Shown here: piece after piece, positions 24,668 through 30,927 of the stretch
Position numbering within the stretch: position 1 is the stretch's first letter
Layout of the letters: each line of letters begins with the position of its first letter
IMG/VR virus record: IMGVR_UViG_3300027798_000153
Location: 1-30,927 of that record
Direction: 5' to 3' (one strand)
From: a virus
Lineage: Duplodnaviria > Caudoviricetes
DNA: 30,927 nucleotides
The notes under the pieces: generated by a model
Seen by the model: only the letters and a program-made list of their open reading frames with translations
What the model was told of the DNA's origin: nothing
Databases searched by the model: none
Program-made: the position numbers and the translations under genes

Positions 24668-27295
24668 ATGAATACACCAATTAATTCCAGAGACCTTACG
24701 CTACAAAGTACAGAGCCGAGAGTACTTCAAATTAGTGCTAACTACCTTGTACTAAGCGCTTCAAGTCTACAGTTCAAGTATGGTACTGATAACCTACCTC
24801 AACCAGCGCAAGTAACTGTAACTGCAAGTTTGGTAGGGAAACTAGAAGGCACTGTAGTATTTAGTACTTCTGGGTTTACAGAAGCACCCACAGTAGACCC
24901 GCTAGACCCTAACAAGCTAATAATAGACCCTTCTAAGTTTATTAATGACTTTGCTACAATTAACGCTAGCGTTAATTGGCAAGGATCTAATTACGCAGCT
25001 ACACCAGTCACACTTACTAGAATACTAAATCAGTTGGTTGCAAAAGTACAGCAACCACTGGACTTAGTACCTACATATAACGACGGCACAGGGTATACAT
25101 TACCTACTGCAAATAATTATGTAGAACTATATAATGGTGTAGTAAAAATTACTGAAGGTATTACATACGGCCCCGCAAATCAAACTGCTAATGGATTAAC
25201 TGTCAGTGTAGATAATACTACAGGTAAGATAACTGTAACAGATGCTGGCCCCAATACTTGGACCAGCGACACCCATAATTTTACCTTAACAGCTACCAGA
25301 AACAATATAGTTTATAATACAACGTATACAATTACTAAAGCTAAAGCAGGTGCTGGTGGTATTCAAAATAAAGAGCTAGCGCTATATATTTGGAGCGTAG
25401 GTATTCCTGCCTTGCCAAGCGGCACTAGCGTATATACTTGGACTACTGATACTCATGTTTATAATGGAACAGACCAGTGGAAAGTAATACCTATAGCCAA
25501 CCCAGGTAATGTGGGTATTGGGCTTTGGAAAGTAACAAAAGGCGTTACTGCTGAAGCAAGCATAGTTACTACACAAATATCAGCAACTTGGACTAATGCT
25601 ACTGTAAGACAAATAACCACTGAAGCTAACGAAGTAATAAAAACCAAAACAGTAACTGCATATCTCATCGCCGCAAGCATACCAGGTATTTCAGGAACTA
25701 GCACATTAACTTGGGATACAGGTGAGTATTCTACTCCAGGCAGTTGGTCTCTTACTGCACCGGCTAGAATAGCTGGCTACACGCTATATTCCGCTGAAGT
25801 ACTTGTACAAGCAGCAGTATCTGAGTTAACAAGTACTATTGATTGGACACAAGCTACTATAGTACCAATTAGTTATTATGGTACCGACGGTGCATCAGCA
25901 CGTCGAGCATACGTATTAGCAACAACAGCCCCAGGTCCTGCTACCATGTCTATTACTATAGGAGATGGGTTACCTATAGCAGGAAGCTGGTTTACTGGCA
26001 AAACCTGGAACTTTTCAGCACCTACTGTAATAGCCGAAGGCGAAACCCTATATCAAAGTGATGGTGTTTATGTCAGTGGTGGAAACACTACTTGGGGTTA
26101 CCCTTATGTAAGTAGCTTAAAAGTTGGTAATTTACAAGCAATTAGTGCTAACACAGGTAATTTAAGTGTTACTGGATCAATTAAAGGCGGAGCAGCAAGT
26201 AACTTAACTACTGGTGCTGGCTTTTATGTAGATAACAACGGATACTTACGCGTGGGTAATCCTGCGGGAGCTCAACTAAAGTATGACTCAAACGGACTAA
26301 GTATTACTAATGCCGCAGGACAAAGCGTATTTACTGTAGTAAGTAATGCAGAAGCTGCTGCTGCCGCTAGTGCCGCCAGCGCTGCTACAGCTGCTTCAAC
26401 AGCAACAAATGCCGCTAGTTCTGCTGCTACGGCCGTAGTAACTGCAGGTAGTTGTACTTGGTTAGGTGACAATTCTATCGAGGTAATTACAGGCACACAG
26501 TTAAAACGTGTAGCCCATGCCTCGTTCCCGAATAGTACCTGGAACTCGCACAAGTATTCTTTAGAAAGTTATACTAACGGAGCTTACATAACTTTCATAC
26601 CAGTTAGCACAAGCTACTGGATGATGGTAGGTTTAGATAGTAACCCTACCCAAAGTAGTAGCTATGATACTATTGACCATTCGTGGTATTGTGTTGGAGA
26701 CGGTACTTTAACAATCTACGAAAACGGTACTAACATTAATATAGGCCCACAAACTTATAGTATTAATACTGTGTTAAATATAACTTACGATGGTAGGTAT
26801 GTAAAGTATTATAAAGACGGTACTCTAATGAGAACTGTTGACAAAGGTACCGGCATTAAGTTCTATGCTGATAGTAGTTTTCATACTGTTGGCGCTGAAA
26901 TTCGAGGCGTAAGATTTGGCCCAGTAGGTACTATTGGGGCTGATGGTGCTCCGGGTACTAGTGGTACCAGAGGTAGTATTACCAGATACCTTAGTGGCTA
27001 TACTAGTTGGAGTGACGCCGCAGCTAATAATTATTTTAACAATAATTATGGTGGAAAAGTTCCAAACGATACTATGACCCAGTACGGCAGTAACTTTAGT
27101 CAAACAAGATTCTGGGACGGTAGCTCCTGGGTAGTTGTAACAGTAGCCATTGATGGTAACTTATTAGTTTCAGGTACAGTGACCGCAGATAAATTAGTCG
27201 CAAACGCAGTAATAGTCGGAACTCAGATTAGAAATCAAAACGCTACCTTTGTTATGGACTTCGGCAATAACCCATACATTAGCATCTCAGTTTAA
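24668..27295 (+). CDS. Tail fibre / host-specificity protein
   Basis: 875 aa, Thr/Gly/Trp-rich beta repeats; LKVGNLQAISANTGNL; Ala-rich linker; lectin-like beta-sandwich; C-terminal IDGNLLV.GTVTADKL. Confidence 0.75.
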   Translation: MNTPINSRDLTLQSTEPRVLQISANYLVLSASSLQFKYGTDNLPQPAQVTVTASLVGKLEGTVVFSTSGFTEAPTVDPLDPNKLIIDPSKFINDFATINASVNWQGSNYAATPVTLTRILNQLVAKVQQPLDLVPTYNDGTGYTLPTANNYVELYNGVVKITEGITYGPANQTANGLTVSVDNTTGKITVTDAGPNTWTSDTHNFTLTATRNNIVYNTTYTITKAKAGAGGIQNKELALYIWSVGIPALPSGTSVYTWTTDTHVYNGTDQWKVIPIANPGNVGIGLWKVTKGVTAEASIVTTQISATWTNATVRQITTEANEVIKTKTVTAYLIAASIPGISGTSTLTWDTGEYSTPGSWSLTAPARIAGYTLYSAEVLVQAAVSELTSTIDWTQATIVPISYYGTDGASARRAYVLATTAPGPATMSITIGDGLPIAGSWFTGKTWNFSAPTVIAEGETLYQSDGVYVSGGNTTWGYPYVSSLKVGNLQAISANTGNLSVTGSIKGGAASNLTTGAGFYVDNNGYLRVGNPAGAQLKYDSNGLSITNAAGQSVFTVVSNAEAAAAASAASAATAASTATNAASSAATAVVTAGSCTWLGDNSIEVITGTQLKRVAHASFPNSTWNSHKYSLESYTNGAYITFIPVSTSYWMMVGLDSNPTQSSSYDTIDHSWYCVGDGTLTIYENGTNINIGPQTYSINTVLNITYDGRYVKYYKDGTLMRTVDKGTGIKFYADSSFHTVGAEIRGVRFGPVGTIGADGAPGTSGTRGSITRYLSGYTSWSDAAANNYFNNNYGGKVPNDTMTQYGSNFSQTRFWDGSSWVVVTVAIDGNLLVSGTVTADKLVANAVIVGTQIRNQNATFVMDFGNNPYISISV

Positions 27296-27303
27296 GGAAT
27301 AGC

Positions 27304-28125
27304 ATGGCAAACCTACGTGTAATTTATAATAATTTAGCAGATACGGCAACTATTACCGCCAGTACTACTGCTGCAGGTTTTAGTGTTAGTAGCCTTAAAA
27401 ACACTCAAAAGACCAGCGTTCACCGTAGCACTTTAGCTACGGTGACGTATACCCTAAATTGGAGTACGCCGCAGCCCATTAACTGTGTTGCGCTACCAGC
27501 CACAAACTTGCAGGGTGGTGATACTATAAAAGTAGCGCTATATACAGAAAATTCTGACGTAATTCCTCTTTATGAAACAGCAGACCTACAGGCTTGTGCC
27601 GGACGTACTACTACACTATACAACAAGTCTTCATTACCTAGTTATGTGGACTTTGGTTTTGGTGGTGCTACAAAAACCAGTGTATGGTTATCTAATACTT
27701 ATCAAGTAAAAAAGGCAACCATTACACTTACAAGCTCAACAGTTTCGGCCATTGATTGCGCCCGAATTATATGCGGCACTTACTGGCAAAGTTCGCGCCA
27801 AGTTAATCGCGGTATTCAGCTAGGTTACGAAGACTTAAGCGAAATCACTACAACACGTAGTGGTAACACTTATGAGGACAGAAAACCAATTACAGAAACT
27901 ATGCAGTTTGACCTTGAATATCTCTCTGATACTGATCGTCAACAATTGCAAAAATTGATGCGTAGCTGGGGCTCTAGCGGTTTAATATATTATTGCGTAT
28001 TTCCTGATAACGCCAATCCTGAAGTTACGCAAAGCTATAGTATATATGGTCGCAGTAACACTAACAGTTTACAATACCAGTTCCATAGTTACTATAATAC
28101 CAATCTTGATATAAAGGGTTGGTAA
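27304..28125 (+). CDS. Tail structural protein (possibly distal-tail-like)
   Basis: AAGGA RBS; MANLR.IY.N.AD.A.. beta-rich protein; last gene of the tail operon. Confidence 0.6.
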   Translation: MANLRVIYNNLADTATITASTTAAGFSVSSLKNTQKTSVHRSTLATVTYTLNWSTPQPINCVALPATNLQGGDTIKVALYTENSDVIPLYETADLQACAGRTTTLYNKSSLPSYVDFGFGGATKTSVWLSNTYQVKKATITLTSSTVSAIDCARIICGTYWQSSRQVNRGIQLGYEDLSEITTTRSGNTYEDRKPITETMQFDLEYLSDTDRQQLQKLMRSWGSSGLIYYCVFPDNANPEVTQSYSIYGRSNTNSLQYQFHSYYNTNLDIKGW

Positions 28126-28128
28126 TCC

Positions 28129-28159
28129 AAAATACCAGCCTTAGGGCTGGTATTTTTTT
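28129..28159 (+). terminator. Intrinsic terminator
   Basis: AAAATACCAGCC-TTAG-GGCTGGTATTTTTTT. Confidence 0.88.
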
Positions 28160-28162
28160 ATG

Positions 28163-28191
28163 TTGACATTAGCCTGCCCTTGTGATATAAT
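28163..28191 (+). promoter_or_regulatory. Consensus sigma70 promoter
   Basis: TTGACA-17-TATAAT with TG extension. Confidence 0.85.
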
Positions 28192-28317
28192 AATACAAAA
28201 TGTCCGCAGGTGTTTAAATTTTTTCTTGACAAGCAGAAAGCTAGTTACAAACACTATAATATATTTAAACTAGCTTAGTTTCGCGTAACTAACCGCTAGA
28301 AGTGAGGAGATCATCTA

Positions 28318-28665
28318 ATGCCAGAAATAACCGCGGAAACCTTAGTTCAAATGTTGGGTACAATTGCGTTGGCTATTGTTGCAGTAATGCTTGGTGTTCA
28401 AAAAATGCTAAAACATTGGCAAACTACAGATGCAGAGAATTCTATAATTAAAATTATGCATACTGAGTTAGAGCGTATGAGCCAACAGAATACGTCTTTA
28501 AGCGTTGAATTAGGTAGACTACATAATGAAGTAATCGCACTAAATAAACAGTTGCAGAAACTATCCGTAGAAAACCAAAGATTACAGACAGAAGTTATTG
28601 CTCTTACTCATGAAGTAAGTAGCTTTAAAACAATGAGAGAAGGAGGCCCGAATGGCCAGATCTAG
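28318..28665 (+). CDS. Single-TM coiled-coil protein (holin-like candidate)
   Basis: N-terminal hydrophobic helix followed by Leu heptad repeats; GAGGAG RBS. Confidence 0.6.
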   Translation: MPEITAETLVQMLGTIALAIVAVMLGVQKMLKHWQTTDAENSIIKIMHTELERMSQQNTSLSVELGRLHNEVIALNKQLQKLSVENQRLQTEVIALTHEVSSFKTMREGGPNGQI

Positions 28666-29494
28666 ATTAGTAGACCCGATTAATGACTTAGTTTCTGACG
28701 GCGGGTCAGTTTTATTCAGCTTTGTAAAAGGCGAGCAGCTAGAATTCCCAATCACATTAGGTTTTTTAGAAAGCACTATTGGCGCTCAACCAGCCAGTTT
28801 TACAGGTTCAATCGTTAGTGGCGTATTAACTGTGACAAGCATTGTTTCTGGAACAATTATACCAGGACAAATATTAACAGGTGCAGGAATATCAGCTAAT
28901 ACATACATTAGTGGGTACATTGGTGGTAACGGCGGGCTAGGTACTTATGCAGTAACAATATTTACGCCAGGCACTACACCGGCTGCATCTCCTAACGTAG
29001 CTTCTACAGGTATTACCTCAGTAATTAATAGTTATATATACGAAGCAAGCGTTGTAGAAGCTAATAATACGGTTGATCAGTCTAGTGAGCCTACTTCAAT
29101 TAAAGCTAATGGCGTTACAACATTACTTGCCATTAGAGTACCAATTAATAGAGGTACTTGGGTTTCTGGTACTAGTTATAGTGTAGAAGACGTAGTATTA
29201 TATAATGGAATTTACTATAAACAAAACAGTGGTTACCAAGGTACTATCAGCACAGTTACTCCAAGTACTGACGTAGCAAGATGGGCTGTAACAGAAGTAA
29301 ACAGAGTTTACGTACAATTTCCTAAAACTCTTGGCAGTACTTGGGCACAGCAAGGCACAGTATCCTCTCCAGTATATGGATTTTTTGAACTACGTGTAAC
29401 TGAAAGCGCAAACATAGTTTACCCTAAAACGTGGAAACCTGTTAGAGGTTTAGTAGAGATACTATATAGCCCTACATTTAGCTCTGAAGACTAA
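28652..29494 (+). CDS. Virion structural protein with carbohydrate-binding-like motif
   Basis: GGAGG RBS; FTGSI.SGVLTVT insert; RGTW.SGT.Y...DVV.YNG..Y (CBM5/12-like pattern). Confidence 0.6.
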   Translation: MARSRLVDPINDLVSDGGSVLFSFVKGEQLEFPITLGFLESTIGAQPASFTGSIVSGVLTVTSIVSGTIIPGQILTGAGISANTYISGYIGGNGGLGTYAVTIFTPGTTPAASPNVASTGITSVINSYIYEASVVEANNTVDQSSEPTSIKANGVTTLLAIRVPINRGTWVSGTSYSVEDVVLYNGIYYKQNSGYQGTISTVTPSTDVARWAVTEVNRVYVQFPKTLGSTWAQQGTVSSPVYGFFELRVTESANIVYPKTWKPVRGLVEILYSPTFSSED

Positions 29495-29502
29495 GGAACA
29501 TT

Positions 29503-30927
29503 ATGGCAACTACTAAAAATATATACGTAGCTAGTAGTGGTCTAAGAGCAACGGTAGCTACCCCCGTAATTAATGCCAGCTATCAGAATAGCGGAATATC
29601 CACTAGCACAACTCAATATGGTGTGCAAATCAGTCAGTCACCTGATATAGAAATAAATGTTCAAGGGGCTGGAATTGGCGGTGGGCATGTGCCGGATAGA
29701 AGTACAGTTATTGGTGATAATATTGTATACACAATATTATTTACAAACCCTCAAATTAATATAACTGGCCATACTACAAATATAGGTGATAGCTACCACG
29801 CCTTTTCTATAGGTAAAGGATTCTCGGAAACAAAAACTATTTCTGAAGACTTCTCAAAGAGTTTGAGCAGCTATAAGCTAGATACTGCAGGTATTTTTGA
29901 GGATTTTGCCAAAGCATATGGCAAGCCATTAATAGATACATTTATACGCACTGACACTACTAGCCTAGGCATTAACAAAAATATTATTAGCCCAGTAGGT
30001 AGTACTGATAATACAAAAGTATCAGTAGAAAAATTATTCTTAGAATCAAAGCAGATAACAGAAAGAGTTGTATTAGTAGCAAACTTTAGAAGAGAGTTTC
30101 TTGATTTTGTAGCTGTTACTGATGACTTCTATGGCACAGCTAATTTGGACGACGACCAAACTGCAAGATTTACAAAAGTCGTTGTAGACTATACGACGAC
30201 TCTAGATACTAATACTATTAGTAGTAATTTAGTAAAAATTGAGGAACTTACTACCTCTGATACTAAGTACCTACAAGCAACAAAAGAATTTGCAGATGCA
30301 ATATCTAAATCAGATAGGTTTAGCGCAGCCTTTGACAAATCAGTAGTTGATTTAAGTAGCGGTATAGATTTATTTAGTGTAACTGTTAGTAAGCCTCTTG
30401 AAGAAACTACTAGCAACACAGACGAGCTTAGCACTTTTGCAACAAAAGTTTTTGTAGAAACCAATACAGCAGTAGATACTAGTAGCTTAACTGCTACAAA
30501 ACCATTTACTAGCGGAGTTAGCTTCTTTAATAGAAGTATAATGTCTTATGTTTGGAACGCACATAGAACCCCTATGGAGCAGCCAAGGACCTCAGACACA
30601 TTATCAGCTAGCCCTAGTATTGTAAGAGCTGATTTAGTAGGCTCCCTAGATATTATATCGTTATTATTACTTCGATTATATATATTTGTAGATCATACTA
30701 ACTATAGTGATACAGTAACTACACAAGTAAACTACAACAGAATATTTGATGACTACGTAGATACTACTGATGACTTCTTTGGAATAGCTAATTTAGATGA
30801 TGATCAAAGTTCTTACTTTAACAAAGCTATACCTAATCATGCCCTATTTGCAGATTTAACTAGCTTTGATAGCAGTATCTTTAGATCAGATCAGTATAAC
30901 GCTAACGATACTAAATACTTAGAGGCT
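29503..30927 (+). CDS. Long Ser/Thr/Asp-rich repeat protein, probable fibre; truncated by window end (not in ORF track)
   Basis: AAGGA RBS, then ATG 29503 (MATTKNIYVA...); 475 codons without a stop; 18-aa periodicity. Confidence 0.85.
   Translation, partial: MATTKNIYVASSGLRATVATPVINASYQNSGISTSTTQYGVQISQSPDIEINVQGAGIGGGHVPDRSTVIGDNIVYTILFTNPQINITGHTTNIGDSYHAFSIGKGFSETKTISEDFSKSLSSYKLDTAGIFEDFAKAYGKPLIDTFIRTDTTSLGINKNIISPVGSTDNTKVSVEKLFLESKQITERVVLVANFRREFLDFVAVTDDFYGTANLDDDQTARFTKVVVDYTTTLDTNTISSNLVKIEELTTSDTKYLQATKEFADAISKSDRFSAAFDKSVVDLSSGIDLFSVTVSKPLEETTSNTDELSTFATKVFVETNTAVDTSSLTATKPFTSGVSFFNRSIMSYVWNAHRTPMEQPRTSDTLSASPSIVRADLVGSLDIISLLLLRLYIFVDHTNYSDTVTTQVNYNRIFDDYVDTTDDFFGIANLDDDQSSYFNKAIPNHALFADLTSFDSSIFRSDQYNANDTKYLEA

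Noticed and set aside
28226-28260. Second TTGACA...TATAAT pair
   Set aside because: Spacer is 23 bp, incompatible with a standard sigma70 promoter.
6684-30464. Minus-strand and alternate-frame ORFs inside late genes (e.g. 6684..6989, 10027..10344, 12851..13279, 21211..21765, 30189..30464)
   Set aside because: Shadow ORFs produced by codon bias of the + strand structural genes; no independent expression signals.

Overview
This window is part of a lytic T5-like siphophage genome (Demerecviridae-like; host not determinable from the sequence). It has two sharply different halves. (1) About 1-5400 is a pre-early-like module of short minus-strand genes. It holds two paralogous T5 A2-like proteins, a T5 Dmp-like HAD 5'-nucleotidase, a DEDDh exonuclease, two SprT-like HExxH proteins, small membrane proteins (one PQ-loop type) and three micro-ORFs missed by the ORF track. 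(2) 5640 to the end is a plus-strand morphogenesis region: TerS, TerL, an inserted Dps, HNH nuclease, portal, fused prohead protease-major capsid protein, neck proteins, tail tube, -1 frameshifted tail chaperones, a ~2300-aa tape measure, a non-T5 tail tip, and a truncated 18-aa-repeat protein. The most unusual signal is in the pre-early module. Five copies of a non-coding element sit between the gene blocks. Each is a near-consensus sigma70 promoter (18-bp spacer, -10 embedded in a palindrome, followed by GGCGC) that fires against the genes into an ORF-free hairpin carrying two copies of AAACAAAAGT or a close variant. That 10-mer occurs 14 times by eye in 5.4 kb, including inside CDSs, and I saw it nowhere else in the window. 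The same segment lacks GATC, CCGG and CCWGG and uses several apparently leaderless mRNAs. All counts and alignments were done by eye. Similarities to T5 proteins are recalled from memory, not searched.
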